From Aulosira sp. ZfuVER01 (GTDB taxonomy: Bacteria > Cyanobacteriota > Cyanobacteriia > Cyanobacteriales > Nostocaceae): 64,000 bases of DNA. Under the pieces are notes generated by a model that was not told the DNA's origin, did no database searches, and saw only the letters and a list, made by a program, of their open reading frames with translations. The stretch spans positions 192,001 through 256,000 of the forward strand of contig JAVRCV020000041.1 in assembly GCA_034530615.2 (NCBI GenBank). The letters are read 5' to 3'. This document shows, one piece after another, positions 30,654 through 41,311 of the stretch (position 1 is its first letter; the number at the start of each line of letters is the position of its first letter). Both the position numbers and the translations under genes were made by a program.

Positions 30654-31217
30654 ATGCCCTCCGAAATTGCTGTCGAGAAAAAAAAGTTAAAAAATCCTCC
30701 TTTGGAACTTCACTATTTAGGCGATCGCGTTTTACGTCAACCTGCAAAGCGGATTGCCAAAGTAGATGATGAATTGCGCCAACTGGTACGCGAAATGCTG
30801 CAAACTATGTACAGCAAAGATGGCATTGGTTTGGCTGCACCCCAAGTTGGAGTTCATAAACAACTAATTGTCATCGACTTGGAACCAGATAACCCTGCTA
30901 ATCCACCACTGGTATTGATCAACCCCACAATTAAACAGGTAAGCAAAGACATCTGCGTTGCTCAAGAAGGATGTTTGAGCATTCCCAACGTTTACATGGA
31001 TGTGAAGCGCCCTGAAATGGTGGAAATTGCCTATAAAGATGAATATGGCCGTCCTAAGACATTAAAAGCTAATGACTTACTCGCACGCTGCATTCAGCAC
31101 GAAATGGATCACCTCAATGGCGTGGTATTTGTAGATCGTGTGGATAATTCCTTGACTTTGGCCCAGGAACTATCTAAAAATGGCTTCTCGTATCAAGCGG
31201 TGAAACCTGTAGCATAG
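30654..31217 (+). CDS. def: Peptide deformylase
   Basis: GIGLAAPQVG, EGCLS, QHEMDHLNG. Confidence 0.98.
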   Translation: MPSEIAVEKKKLKNPPLELHYLGDRVLRQPAKRIAKVDDELRQLVREMLQTMYSKDGIGLAAPQVGVHKQLIVIDLEPDNPANPPLVLINPTIKQVSKDICVAQEGCLSIPNVYMDVKRPEMVEIAYKDEYGRPKTLKANDLLARCIQHEMDHLNGVVFVDRVDNSLTLAQELSKNGFSYQAVKPVA

Positions 31218-31229
31218 GGTGGTTTAGTA

Positions 31230-31433
31230 GTGTATTTAACTCCAAAAAGCGGTTTATTCCTAGGCGGTTCTTGTGTAGCTGCGATCGCGGCTGTCGGTTC
31301 GATTTTTGAACTCAGTTACGGACAACCAGATTTAGGCGTTCAAGCCACGGCGATTATCCTAATTTTGAGTATTCCACTCACAGGATTATTTTTCTTTGCC
31401 GCAGTGAGGGACGCAAGGGATAACATTAAATAA
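31230..31433 (+). CDS. Small two-TM membrane protein
   Basis: 67-aa ORF 12 bp after def, two hydrophobic segments. Confidence 0.7.
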   Translation: MYLTPKSGLFLGGSCVAAIAAVGSIFELSYGQPDLGVQATAIILILSIPLTGLFFFAAVRDARDNIK

Positions 31434-31446
31434 GCATCAGGTACAT

Positions 31447-31496
31447 AAAAAGGTGAAGGGATGGAAAAATAAAGTAAATTCATCCTTTTACCTTTT
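31447..31496. terminator. Probable bidirectional terminator
   Basis: AAAAGGTGAAGGGATG...CATCCTTTTACCTTTT between convergent genes. Confidence 0.5.
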
Positions 31497-34400
31497 ATTT
31501 TTTCTCCTCTGTCACTGCTCCTAAAGCTTTGAGTGTTGCTAATTGCGCTAGTGTTAACCCTGTGACCTCAGTTATATTCATCCCTTCATATGGTCTAGGC
31601 GATCGCAGTGTTTGCCAACACTCGCCTGTTTCAATAGCCCACAGCCTAATTGTTTCGTCTTGGCTACCACTAGCTATATTTCTACCATTCGGGCTAAATG
31701 CCACTGACCAAACTCCCATTGTATGCCCGAACAAAGTCATCAAGTCTTTGCTGGCATTCATATTCCAAAGCTTCACTGTTTGGTCTACACTACCACTAGC
31801 AAGTTGCTTACCATCAGGGCTGAATGCGACAGACCATACCCAATGGCTATGAAATTGAGCTATTCCTAAGCTTTTTCCTGTGTCAACTTCCCACAGTCTT
31901 ACTGTTTTATCTAAACTACTACTCGCTAATATCTCTCCTTGAGGATTAAAAGCAATAGCTCTCACAAAATCGGTATGTCCAGAAAGAGTTTTTTCGCATC
32001 TACCTTCCGAAATATTCCATAGTCTGATAGTTTTTTCACTACCACTGGCGAGGATCTGCCCTTGCGGATGAAATGCCACTGACCTAACAAAATCAGGATG
32101 CCCGGAAAAAGTGGTGAGGCATTTACCTGTATGAGTATCCCATAACTTAACAGTGCGATCGCCGCTACCACTAGCGAGTAATTGACCATCAGGGCTAAAG
32201 GCTACTGACCACACTCCTCTAGTATGTCCAGAAAAAGTGGCGAGGCATTTACCTGTATGAGTATCCCATAACTTGACAGTGCGATCGCCGCTACCACTAG
32301 CGAGTAATTGACCATCAGGGCTAAAAGCTACTGACCACACTCCTCTAGTGTGTCCTTGAAGAATTTTCTGGCATTTGCCCAAGTCAACATTCCACAACCT
32401 CACACTAGCATCATCGCTGCCACTGGCAAGAATTTTACCTTCAGGATGAAAAGCCACAGACCAAACTCGACTAGTGTAACCTTGGAAAGTTTTCTGGCAT
32501 TTACCTTCTCGTACATCCCACAATCGTAAACACGAGTCGTCACTGCCACTGGCAAGCATCGTACCATCTATGCTGAAAGCCACAGACCAAACTCGGCTAC
32601 TATCACCTTGTAGGGTTTTCCAACATTTAGCGATCGCAATATTCCATAATTTGATAGTTTGATCGTCACTACCAGTGGCAATAGTTTCTCCATCAGGGCT
32701 AAAAGCTACCGAGCAGATACCCAAAGAATGCCCTTGTAAAGTTTTCTCGCACTTACCGTGCTGAATATCCCATATTTTGACTGTGGCGTCATCGCTACCA
32801 CTAACCAAGATTTGCCCATTAGGGCTAAAAGCCACCGATCTGACACTGAGCGAATGTCCCTGTAAAGTTTCTTGGCACTTACCGTGCTGAGTATCCCACA
32901 GCTTAATAGTTTGGTCATCACTACCACTAGCTAGTAATGTACCATCTGGACTAAAAGCAACTGACCTCACAAAATTGCTATGAGAGAGCAAAGTTTGGCT
33001 ACACTCACCTGTATGAACAGCCCATAATTTCACTGTTGTATCATCGCTACCACTAGCTAGCAATGTACCGTCCGGACTAAAGGTAACTGACCTCACAAAA
33101 TCAGTATGAGAGAACAAAGTTTGGCGACATTCACCTGTGTAAATATCCCAGAGCTTGATAGTTTGATCTTCACCACCGCTAGCTAGCATAGGTTCAGTTG
33201 GATGAAAAGCAATTGACCAAACCCAACCCGTATGTCCTTTTAAGGTGCAAATTTTTGTAGTGTCAGCTACTCGCCATAATCGAATTTCACCATTAGTATC
33301 ACCTGTCGCTAGAATTTCTTGATTTGGACTAAAAGCTATTGATAAAATACTGCCAAAAGTTTCTGTAAAAATTGATTTTGATAAGTCAGAACCAGTAAAA
33401 TTTACATCATGCAAATTTACACCCTGTAAATTTGCTTGCCACACTGGTAAATAAGAGAAGTCATAACCACTTAAATCTATATTCAATTGAGAAATAAGAT
33501 TGGCAAGATTTCCCCCGAAATATCCTGACTTATTAGCTAAGTTATCTCTTTGTTTATCTAAAATTTTAGTTAACTGAGATTCAATATTTCTGGAAGTTAT
33601 AAAAATATCAAGTAACCTTTCAAGCACTGGCTTAATAATTAAGCGTGTTTGAATCTCGCGTACATAATCTTTAGCAGTAGCTTGCATCAGCGCATGACTG
33701 TTACATAAACTAATATGACCGTTACTAATCTCTTGGCAAACTTCCTCTATTAATCGGTCATTAATGTATTCCATGACTACAGGTTGCAAGGTAAAAAATG
33801 TAGATTTATCCACATTTTTTTGCTCAATTAGCGATCGCCTACGTAGAGATTCTAGAGCTTCTAGTAATTTCCGTTTTGGTAGAGGCCGCACAATATCGTC
33901 TAGTAAATCGTCAATAGGAACTAACTCCCGCTTGATTGCCAGCCAATAAATAATTTCTTTTTCTAGCTCGGAAGTGCGCTCAAATTGCTGATCTAATAAA
34001 TTGCGGGTGTCACCAAAAATTATCTCTCCCTGCTCCAGAAAGGCAACAATATTTCCACCAAACAATTCTCTAATTGGTTCAGAGACTAATTTTAATGCTA
34101 AGGGATTACCAGAATAATTCTCAACTAGCTTTGCCCAATCTTGGCTTGAGCCAAATAACCCTTTATCTTTGATAATTTCTTGTCCTTCTTTTTCACCTAA
34201 TCCGACTAATGATAAGGTTCGGACTGGTGAGGTTTCCCCCTCTAAAGGTGCAAATTCTTGTGGCTTTTCCCGAGAAGTTATCACCAAGCAACTTTGATGT
34301 AGTTCTTCTCCTACTCTTCTGAGCAATTGACCATAATCTTCATATTCTTTCCTATAATGTCCGGCACGAGCACCTCCTTCTAAAATTGTTTCCAGATTAT

Positions 34401-35040
34401 CTAATACCAATAGACAACGATGTTTTCGTAAATATTGAATTAACAGAGTTAATCTCTCGTCTACAGTTTCAGGTAAATTAGTATGTCGCTCCTCAGATAT
34501 AAAGCGAATCAAATTAGCTAAAAGTTCTTCTAAAGGTGGAGCATTGCGTAAACTTCGCCAAATTAAGTACTCAAAATTCTCTTGGGTTTCCTTTGCTAGT
34601 TTTACAGACAAAGAGGTTTTACCAATACCCCCCATACCTAAAATTGCCACTAAGCGACATTTATCTTCGACTAGCCATTGTTTGATCTGGCATAGTTCGG
34701 CATTTCGCCCGTAAAATAAGCAGATACTAGGCGCTTCACCCCAATCTTGATACTGGTGCTCTGCTTGTTTGAGAGTAGATAGAGATATCTGATAATCACC
34801 TACAATAACTTGTTGTAACTTGGTGAGTTTACCGGGACCACTACCACTCACTGCAAATTTTTTGTAAACTTCACTTAATCTTTTGCGTACCGCTTCGGCA
34901 CTAATATCTAATTCTTTAGCGATCGCATTTGGTGATTTTCCCTCTAAGGCATAAGGTAATACTTCTATTTCACTTTCTGACAAACTTCGTTCTTGGGCTA
35001 GAGCTAAAAGAAAGTCCTTGGGAATGATACTCATACTCAC
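31495..35040 (-). CDS. LuxR-like HTH-NB-ARC-WD40 STAND protein
   Basis: LSESEIEVL...[59 protein letters not shown]; short pentapeptide-like segment; about 14 WD40 repeats; RPYEGMNIT tail. Confidence 0.93.
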   Translation of the reverse strand: MSMSIIPKDFLLALAQERSLSESEIEVLPYALEGKSPNAIAKELDISAEAVRKRLSEVYKKFAVSGSGPGKLTKLQQVIVGDYQISLSTLKQAEHQYQDWGEAPSICLFYGRNAELCQIKQWLVEDKCRLVAILGMGGIGKTSLSVKLAKETQENFEYLIWRSLRNAPPLEELLANLIRFISEERHTNLPETVDERLTLLIQYLRKHRCLLVLDNLETILEGGARAGHYRKEYEDYGQLLRRVGEELHQSCLVITSREKPQEFAPLEGETSPVRTLSLVGLGEKEGQEIIKDKGLFGSSQDWAKLVENYSGNPLALKLVSEPIRELFGGNIVAFLEQGEIIFGDTRNLLDQQFERTSELEKEIIYWLAIKRELVPIDDLLDDIVRPLPKRKLLEALESLRRRSLIEQKNVDKSTFFTLQPVVMEYINDRLIEEVCQEISNGHISLCNSHALMQATAKDYVREIQTRLIIKPVLERLLDIFITSRNIESQLTKILDKQRDNLANKSGYFGGNLANLISQLNIDLSGYDFSYLPVWQANLQGVNLHDVNFTGSDLSKSIFTETFGSILSIAFSPNQEILATGDTNGEIRLWRVADTTKICTLKGHTGWVWSIAFHPTEPMLASGGEDQTIKLWDIYTGECRQTLFSHTDFVRSVTFSPDGTLLASGSDDTTVKLWAVHTGECSQTLLSHSNFVRSVAFSPDGTLLASGSDDQTIKLWDTQHGKCQETLQGHSLSVRSVAFSPNGQILVSGSDDATVKIWDIQHGKCEKTLQGHSLGICSVAFSPDGETIATGSDDQTIKLWNIAIAKCWKTLQGDSSRVWSVAFSIDGTMLASGSDDSCLRLWDVREGKCQKTFQGYTSRVWSVAFHPEGKILASGSDDASVRLWNVDLGKCQKILQGHTRGVWSVAFSPDGQLLASGSGDRTVKLWDTHTGKCLATFSGHTRGVWSVAFSPDGQLLASGSGDRTVKLWDTHTGKCLTTFSGHPDFVRSVAFHPQGQILASGSEKTIRLWNISEGRCEKTLSGHTDFVRAIAFNPQGEILASSSLDKTVRLWEVDTGKSLGIAQFHSHWVWSVAFSPDGKQLASGSVDQTVKLWNMNASKDLMTLFGHTMGVWSVAFSPNGRNIASGSQDETIRLWAIETGECWQTLRSPRPYEGMNITEVTGLTLAQLATLKALGAVTEEKK

Positions 35041-35160
35041 ACTGGACGGACTACATCCTCATGCTATCTCACAAAGTGAGTAAAGTATATTTGGCATGTG
35101 AGGGTTAGATAACTCTTTAGATATATTTAGAGTAATTTTACTTAAGTCTCTCTTGACGAG

Positions 35161-35242
35161 GTAACTTAGTTACTTTATAGTATTTTTAATCGCACTTTTG
35201 AGTAACTTAGTTAAAAGCAAGGTAACTTTAAAGAAACTTAGT
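35161..35242. promoter_or_regulatory. Repeated GTAACTTAGTTAC-type operator-like motif
   Basis: Perfect palindrome at 35161-35173; near copies at 35202, 35222 and 35233. Confidence 0.55.
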
Positions 35243-35387
35243 GAGTCAAAGCTGATTCTGAAACAGGCGAATAATCAAAGTTGATTGCCTGCTTGTAAGA
35301 ATTGCAGCTGAGGGGTTGATGTGTGTATTTGAATTAAACATGACCCTAAGAATTGATTGAGGAGCTTATTTTTCATCTGCAAATACC

Positions 35388-35480
35388 ATGACCACCCTTG
35401 TGAGCATTCCAACTCGACTCAGAAGTGGGATAGCTGCGTACCTTGGCTGGGTGGGGGCGCTTGGCATAGCTGTGCTATAG
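35388..35480 (+). CDS. Possible 30-aa hydrophobic peptide
   Basis: MTTLVSIPTRLRSGIAAYLGWVGALGIAVL*; RBS spacing poor. Confidence 0.25.
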   Translation: MTTLVSIPTRLRSGIAAYLGWVGALGIAVL

Positions 35481-35557
35481 GCATTCGCTCCTAATTTAGC
35501 GTAGTCGAGGTAACGCACTCGCTGCCTAAATTTACATTTCAAAACAGGACGAAAGCT

Positions 35558-35797
35558 ATGAAAAGCAATTTCAAAGACGATCAAAACCTACTGTTTAGGT
35601 GGGCTTCTCGGGGACTTAAGTATTTTTTGCTGGTGCTGCTGGGCTTTGTCATCGCCTGTGTTGTGTCTCACAGTTTTGGTGCAGTTTCTTTCACTGCGAT
35701 GTTGCTATCGCCTGGTCTCTGGATTTGGTTTTTCCGAATCGGAGTATTCCTATTTTGCCTGTTTGCGATCGCCATGATTATTGAGTCTTGGAGCTAA
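35558..35797 (+). CDS. Small two-TM membrane protein
   Basis: 79-aa ORF, AGGA RBS, two hydrophobic helices. Confidence 0.7.
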   Translation: MKSNFKDDQNLLFRWASRGLKYFLLVLLGFVIACVVSHSFGAVSFTAMLLSPGLWIWFFRIGVFLFCLFAIAMIIESWS

Positions 35798-35903
35798 TTT
35801 CTGAGCTATTTTGCACTCACTCAATACTCATAGTGAACCTTAATCAAATCTGCCTTTGGTTAACTCGCACTCAACCAAAGGCTTTCCCAATAGGAGATGA
35901 CAA

Positions 35904-36131
35904 ATGCCAAACCCCAACAAAAAAGGCTCCCCAGAAGAAACACTTTCACCGATTTTAGTTATTTTAGTTGCCGGGTCAATCTCTTTAGCAATTGTCAACA
36001 AAGACAATCACCCAGCATATTTTGACATTGTAAAAATTGCAATGGCTTATAGCTTTGGTTCAATGAAGCCTCTAGGACAAAATAAACAGTCCAAAAACCA
36101 GAAAAATGCAGATGATGAGGAGGTGAAATAA
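35904..36131 (+). CDS. Small membrane protein
   Basis: 75-aa ORF, AGGAG RBS, hydrophobic segment(s). Confidence 0.68.
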   Translation: MPNPNKKGSPEETLSPILVILVAGSISLAIVNKDNHPAYFDIVKIAMAYSFGSMKPLGQNKQSKNQKNADDEEVK

Positions 36132-36379
36132 TATCTCCGCGTTATAGCGTCATCATCTTTAAAGGGCTGATTACTTCCACTCTCCAAGGAGAGTGAAAGC
36201 AGCCCAATAAAATGGTGTTACAAAATCTTGGTGTTGCCATATTTCTATATGTACGGCTGGGAATGCAGCGCCAGGTGTTAAACTTTCTTTCAATATTATG
36301 AATTTTGAGTCTAATTTGTAAGCATAATTTAGAGCGATCGCTTATCCTGGCAAACAGCGATCGCTTCTACAATATAAGA

Positions 36380-37183
36380 ATGCTGTCAACTCCTACTCAA
36401 CTATTACGAATTTCCCAAGGACAACTTAATGTACTAGAACGTTGTCCCCGTCAATTTCAACATACCTACTTAGAAAACCTCAATTCTCCTTCAGATCCAG
36501 AACAGGAAGAACGACAAACTTTAGGTAGTCGCTTTCACCTGCTAATGCAACAGCGAGAAATGGGTTTGCCAATAGAGAGTTTTTTACAAGCAGATACCCA
36601 ACTCCAAAAGTGGATGTCAGCTTTTGCTAGTGCTGCACCAGAAATATTAGCGCCTGCGTCTGATAGCCAAACTTTTAGAGAAAGCGAACACTACCGCACT
36701 CTGCAAGTTCAAAACTATCTGCTGACTGTTGTTTACGATTTATTAATTGCTGATAACCAAAAAGCCCAAATTCTCGACTGGAAAACTTATCCTAAACCAC
36801 CACATAAAAGCAAATTAGAACAAAACTGGCAAACACGTCTTTATCTCTATGTTTTGGCAGAAACTAGCGAATACTTACCAGAAAATATCTCCATGACTTA
36901 TTGGTTTGTCCAGTCTGAAGGCAAACCGCAAAATATTAAATTTATTTACAACAGCGCTCAACACCAGCGAACTGCTAATGACCTTAATGAACTATTAAGC
37001 GATTTAACTTATTGGCTAGAACGTTATCAACAAAAAGAGCAATTTCCCCAACTACCATTTGGAAATAAAGCCTGTAACTATTGTCAATTTGCCACACGCT
37101 GCGGTCGCGCACAAGCAACTCAAGAAGAAAGCGAGCATAGTTCTCTGCCAAATCTCGCCAGTATAGAAGAAGTATCGCTGTGA
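36380..37183 (+). CDS. PD-(D/E)XK nuclease family protein (Cas4/AddB-like, probable 4Fe-4S)
   Basis: CPRQF, GSRFH, YDLL..ILDWKT, QTRLY, CNYCQFATRC. Confidence 0.85.
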   Translation: MLSTPTQLLRISQGQLNVLERCPRQFQHTYLENLNSPSDPEQEERQTLGSRFHLLMQQREMGLPIESFLQADTQLQKWMSAFASAAPEILAPASDSQTFRESEHYRTLQVQNYLLTVVYDLLIADNQKAQILDWKTYPKPPHKSKLEQNWQTRLYLYVLAETSEYLPENISMTYWFVQSEGKPQNIKFIYNSAQHQRTANDLNELLSDLTYWLERYQQKEQFPQLPFGNKACNYCQFATRCGRAQATQEESEHSSLPNLASIEEVSL

Positions 37184-37189
37184 AGGAGA

Positions 37190-37272
37190 GGTGAGGGGAG
37201 TGTGGGGAGTGTGGGGAGTGTGGGAGGACAAGGAGGAAATAACTAATGGCCAATGACAAATGACAAATGACT
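37190..37272. repeat. STRR tract (GTGGGGAGT 9-mers and AATGACA heptamers)
   Basis: Tandem units directly visible. Confidence 0.8.
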
Positions 37273-37289
37273 CTTAGTAAATAACTACT

Positions 37290-37934
37290 ATGACAAATGT
37301 TGATGATATTGATACCGTTTATGTCCGGGAATTAGGAATTGATGACATAGCCCCTGTGTATCACTTAGGAGAAGAGTTATTTACCAGCGATTTATACCCT
37401 TATTTATATAGAACTTGGGACGAATGGGAGGTGATTGGACTTTACAACACCGATCCAGAATATTGCTTGGTGGCTGAAATAGATGGCGAACTCGCCGGAT
37501 TCATTTTAGGAACTATTATTACCAAAGCATCTTGGACTTACGGTTACATCCTTTGGCTGGGCGTTAATCCGCAATTTTAGCGTCGGGGCGTAGCAGATAA
37601 GCTAGTTGATAAAGTCGTCGCCCGCATGATTGAAGACGGGGCGCGGTTTATGCTGGTAGACACCGATCCCACCAACACCCCAGCAGTCAAGTTTTTCAAC
37701 CGCAAAGGTTTTGGAAATATTCGCCAGCATATTTTCTTGTCGATGAATCTTAGCAAGCATCCATACTATGGCAGACTAATTGATTATGAACATCAAAAAG
37801 CCGAAAGAGCAGGTTATAGGCGATCGCGTCCTGCTGCAATTCGCACCCGTAAGCCTGAGGGATTTTCTAACGAAGTAGTCCTCAACCCCCTAGTACATGA
37901 ACCTCAGGTAGATTTAATCATTAATGATGAGTAG
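37290..37934 (+). pseudogene. GNAT acetyltransferase interrupted by one in-frame TAG
   Basis: ORFs 37290-37580 and 37626-37934 share a frame; reading through gives LGVNPQF*RRGVADKL, the acetyl-CoA motif with Q replaced by TAG at 37578-37580. Confidence 0.85.
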
Positions 37935-37952
37935 TCAGTCAACTAATTATTT

Positions 37953-38050
37953 CTCCCTTGTCCCCCTTGTCCCCCTTGTCTCCCTTGTCCCATTTCTCCC
38001 CACACTCCCCACACTCCCCACACTCCCCACACCTCCCACACCCCCCCTTC
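37953..38050. repeat. STRR tract (CCCTTGTCC and CCCCACACT 9-mers)
   Basis: Tandem units directly visible. Confidence 0.8.
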
Positions 38051-38058
38051 TCTAAAAA

Positions 38059-40440
38059 ATGCAGTGGACTCTAGCCGCAACTGAACAGCCACCAGACTGG
38101 TTTATCCAAGCAGTGAAAAAGTATACTCCTGCATCAAGTGGACTTTATGCAGCACAATTATTATGGCAACGGGGTATTCAAGATAAATCCCAATTAGAAG
38201 GTTTCGTCAACTATAAAGCTTACAAACCAGCTAGCCCCTTTGAGTTTGGGGAAGAAATGCATTTAGCAATGGCACGTTTGCAACAAGCACGCAATGCTGG
38301 TGAAAAAATTGCGATTTGGGGAGACTTTGACGCTGACGGAATTACCTCTACATCTGTGCTTTGGGATGGTTTGGGGCAATTTTTTGTACAAAACTTGCAG
38401 TTAACTTATTACATTCCCAATCGCCTGAAAGAATCCCACGGACTCAACAATGCAGGTATTGAGAACTTAGCAAAACACGGTTTTACATTAATTGTCACCT
38501 GTGATACTGGCAGCACAAATATTGACGAAATTATTTATGCTCAAAAGCTAGGCATTGATGTCATAGTTACAGACCATCACACATTACCCGCAGAACGCCC
38601 ACCAGTTAGCGCAATTATCAACCCCCGCAATTTGCCAAAGGAACATCCTTTATATAATCTTTCTGGGGTGGCGGTAGCTTACAAGTTGGTAGAAGCACTG
38701 TATCAAACTCTGCCTGATGTAGCAAAACATCCTTTAGAAGATTTATTAGATTTAGTGGCGGTAGGGTTAATTGCCGACTTGGTGCAGTTAAGCGGAGATT
38801 GTCGCTATTTAGCGCAATTGGGAATTCAACGTCTACAGGAAGATTTTAAACAACCACCAGCAGCACGACGGCGTCCGGGGGTGGGTAGGTTATTAGAATT
38901 GTGTCAGAAAAGCGGCGATCGCCCCACAGATATTTCCTTTGGTTTGGGGCCACGCATCAATGCAGTCAGTCGCATCCAAGGCGATGCTAGCTTTTGTGTA
39001 GAATTACTCACAAGCCGAGATATCAAACGCTGTCATGAATTGGCAGAAGATACAGAACTAGCCAACGCCCGCCGTAAGTCTTTGCAGAAAGATGTGCAAA
39101 CCCAAGTAGCGCAAAAGCTTACTCAATTAGATTTATCTACCACAAGTGCGATCGTTCTCGCAGATGCTCAATGGCCTGTAGGTGTGTTGGGCTTAGTTGC
39201 AGGACAAGTAGCACAAGAAACAGGTCGCCCGACAATTTTATTAAGTACAGAAAGCCCTATTTCTGAAGACGCGGAGACGCGGAGAGAGGAAGACGCGGAG
39301 AATGAGAATATCCCCGCGTCACCGCGTCCCTTTGTCCCCCCATCTCTCCCCCTAGCCCGTGGTTCTGCCCGTTCCATAAATTCTGTTGACTTATACCAAT
39401 TAGTTAAAGACCAAGCGCATCTATTACATCGCTTTGGCGGACATCCATTCGCCGCCGGGTTGAGTATGTTGGTAGAAAATATTCCCTTATTTTCACAAGC
39501 AATTAACCAAAGGTTACGGCAATCCTTGGGCGGGAAAACTCTCACGCCTACAGTGCAAGCAGACATTGCAGTCACAGTTGCAGATTTAGGGAAAGATTTA
39601 TTTTTAGAACTCAAAGTCCTAGAACCTTGTGGAATGGGTAATCCCGTCCCCAAATTGTTGATTCAAAACTGCTGGTTTGAAAATGCTTGGCATCGCAATC
39701 AACAAGATTCTCAAGGGAAAAAAGTACAGTACATCAAAACCGATTTTGATATTCGAGATGATTCTACGAGAAATGCTTTTCCGGGTATTTGGTGGGGACA
39801 TTACAAAGATGAATTACCTATTGGTAGATGTGATTGCATAGCCGAGTTGGACTACAACACCTTTAAAAAACGCTACGAAATTAGATTAATTGCCGTTCGT
39901 CCCAGTGCTAACTCTGTATTCACTACTCACAATTCAGAACTGATATTAGATTGGCGCGATCGCGAACACTCCGAACTCAACACTCAAAACGCAGCAGTCA
40001 TTCTCGCAGAATGTCCCACTAGCTGGGATGATTTACGGGCTTGGTGGAAGCGATCGCTCTACAATAATCAACAACTGGCGATCGCCTGGACTAAACCCCA
40101 CCATCAATCGCCCAACCAAATTTGGCTAACTTTGGTAGGAATTGCTAAATACCTCAGTCGTACCAATCAACTAGTTACCCGCGTGCAACTGTTAGAAAAA
40201 CTGGGCATTGGCAACCAAACCTTACTTTTAGGAATCAGAGCTTTAAAATATTTAGGATTCACCCTGCAACGCCAAGACAATTATTTGCGAATTATCCAAG
40301 AACCTAAAAATACTTCGGAAACCCAAGCCGAAACTGCTGTTGCTAAATTTTTAGCTGCGGTGCGCGAAGAACAATTTCAACGAGAGTATTTTGCGGAAGT
40401 ACCTTTGTCTACGATTGTGGCGATGGTTAATACTCAATAA
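38059..40440 (+). CDS. recJ: Single-stranded-DNA-specific exonuclease RecJ
   Basis: WGDFDADG, TCDTG, TDHH, GLIAD, PRINA, RGSARS, FGGHPFAAG, EPCGMGNP. Confidence 0.93.
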   Translation: MQWTLAATEQPPDWFIQAVKKYTPASSGLYAAQLLWQRGIQDKSQLEGFVNYKAYKPASPFEFGEEMHLAMARLQQARNAGEKIAIWGDFDADGITSTSVLWDGLGQFFVQNLQLTYYIPNRLKESHGLNNAGIENLAKHGFTLIVTCDTGSTNIDEIIYAQKLGIDVIVTDHHTLPAERPPVSAIINPRNLPKEHPLYNLSGVAVAYKLVEALYQTLPDVAKHPLEDLLDLVAVGLIADLVQLSGDCRYLAQLGIQRLQEDFKQPPAARRRPGVGRLLELCQKSGDRPTDISFGLGPRINAVSRIQGDASFCVELLTSRDIKRCHELAEDTELANARRKSLQKDVQTQVAQKLTQLDLSTTSAIVLADAQWPVGVLGLVAGQVAQETGRPTILLSTESPISEDAETRREEDAENENIPASPRPFVPPSLPLARGSARSINSVDLYQLVKDQAHLLHRFGGHPFAAGLSMLVENIPLFSQAINQRLRQSLGGKTLTPTVQADIAVTVADLGKDLFLELKVLEPCGMGNPVPKLLIQNCWFENAWHRNQQDSQGKKVQYIKTDFDIRDDSTRNAFPGIWWGHYKDELPIGRCDCIAELDYNTFKKRYEIRLIAVRPSANSVFTTHNSELILDWRDREHSELNTQNAAVILAECPTSWDDLRAWWKRSLYNNQQLAIAWTKPHHQSPNQIWLTLVGIAKYLSRTNQLVTRVQLLEKLGIGNQTLLLGIRALKYLGFTLQRQDNYLRIIQEPKNTSETQAETAVAKFLAAVREEQFQREYFAEVPLSTIVAMVNTQ

Positions 40441-40453
40441 TTCGCTTGAGATT

Positions 40454-41311
40454 TTACATGACTAAGCGACGATTGCCATACCATTGACTCAAATCAAGCT
40501 CAATTCCGTCAAGGATTGCGATCGCATCCACGATTGATTTTGCATCAACCGCCAAGCCAGTAAACACTGACTCTACTTGTTGTTGATAGTTCTGGGGACA
40601 AAGCTTAAAGCTATTGGCAATTGCCACTGCACCTTTCTCATTCACCAGGTACTCTTCATTGAGGGCAAATAATACCTGATTCATACAAGCTACACTGCGG
40701 AAACAGCAACCTGCGGCATAGGCAACATCACCACGTGCAATTGCCTTTTGAGCAATGAACAGTGAAAAACTAATTTCCCAGGCAAAAGTATTAATATTTG
40801 CTTGTTTCAGCTCAATCGGATAGGGGTTTGTCTTAGCCTTTAAAGCGTCTAAAATACCATACGGATCGTGAAGTGACAGACAATTGGCAACTTCCCCCAT
40901 ATAAATAGAAGACACAAAGCCGTGTGGATGTCCTGGTTGGTAATCAATAGTGATTTTCCCAGCATGGCAATCAGCAATCACACGATTAACTTGAATCAAA
41001 TCGCGATAGAGAAAATCTACAGACATTCCTTCTATATGTAGCCAACCACCACCATTAATCCATTTTCCCCATCCACCAATTGGGGTGATGAGATTTGCGC
41101 GATGGTTATCGTCAAGTTCAGAGGCGAGGTGGTTGAGAGCAATCAGATCGAGCGGATTCTCTGGGTTGTAATATATTCCCAGATCCACATCCGACTTCGG
41201 TGTATGATTGCCTCGTGCCCTTGAACCACCTAGAGCAATAGCTGCAATTCCCTGAATTGACTGCAAACGCTCAACAACGCGGTGGATGAACTGCGGTAAT
41301 TGCTGGTTCAT
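40454..41311 (-). CDS. Nucleotidyltransferase domain protein (DUF4037-associated type)
   Basis: LGGSRARG...SDVDLGIYY pol-beta NTase motif; ATG 41311 with GGAG RBS. Confidence 0.85.
   Translation of the reverse strand: MNQQLPQFIHRVVERLQSIQGIAAIALGGSRARGNHTPKSDVDLGIYYNPENPLDLIALNHLASELDDNHRANLITPIGGWGKWINGGGWLHIEGMSVDFLYRDLIQVNRVIADCHAGKITIDYQPGHPHGFVSSIYMGEVANCLSLHDPYGILDALKAKTNPYPIELKQANINTFAWEISFSLFIAQKAIARGDVAYAAGCCFRSVACMNQVLFALNEEYLVNEKGAVAIANSFKLCPQNYQQQVESVFTGLAVDAKSIVDAIAILDGIELDLSQWYGNRRLVM

Noticed and set aside
32105..32355. 126-bp near-exact duplication as a mobile or regulatory repeat
   Set aside because: It is two adjacent, recently duplicated WD40 repeats within the NB-ARC gene
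35366..35584. 72-aa minus-strand ORF
   Set aside because: Overlaps the start of a better supported plus-strand gene and has no recognisable features
37578..37580. Pyrrolysine or selenocysteine recoding
   Set aside because: The position is a normally conserved Gln, the codon is TAG not TGA, and no pyl genes are visible
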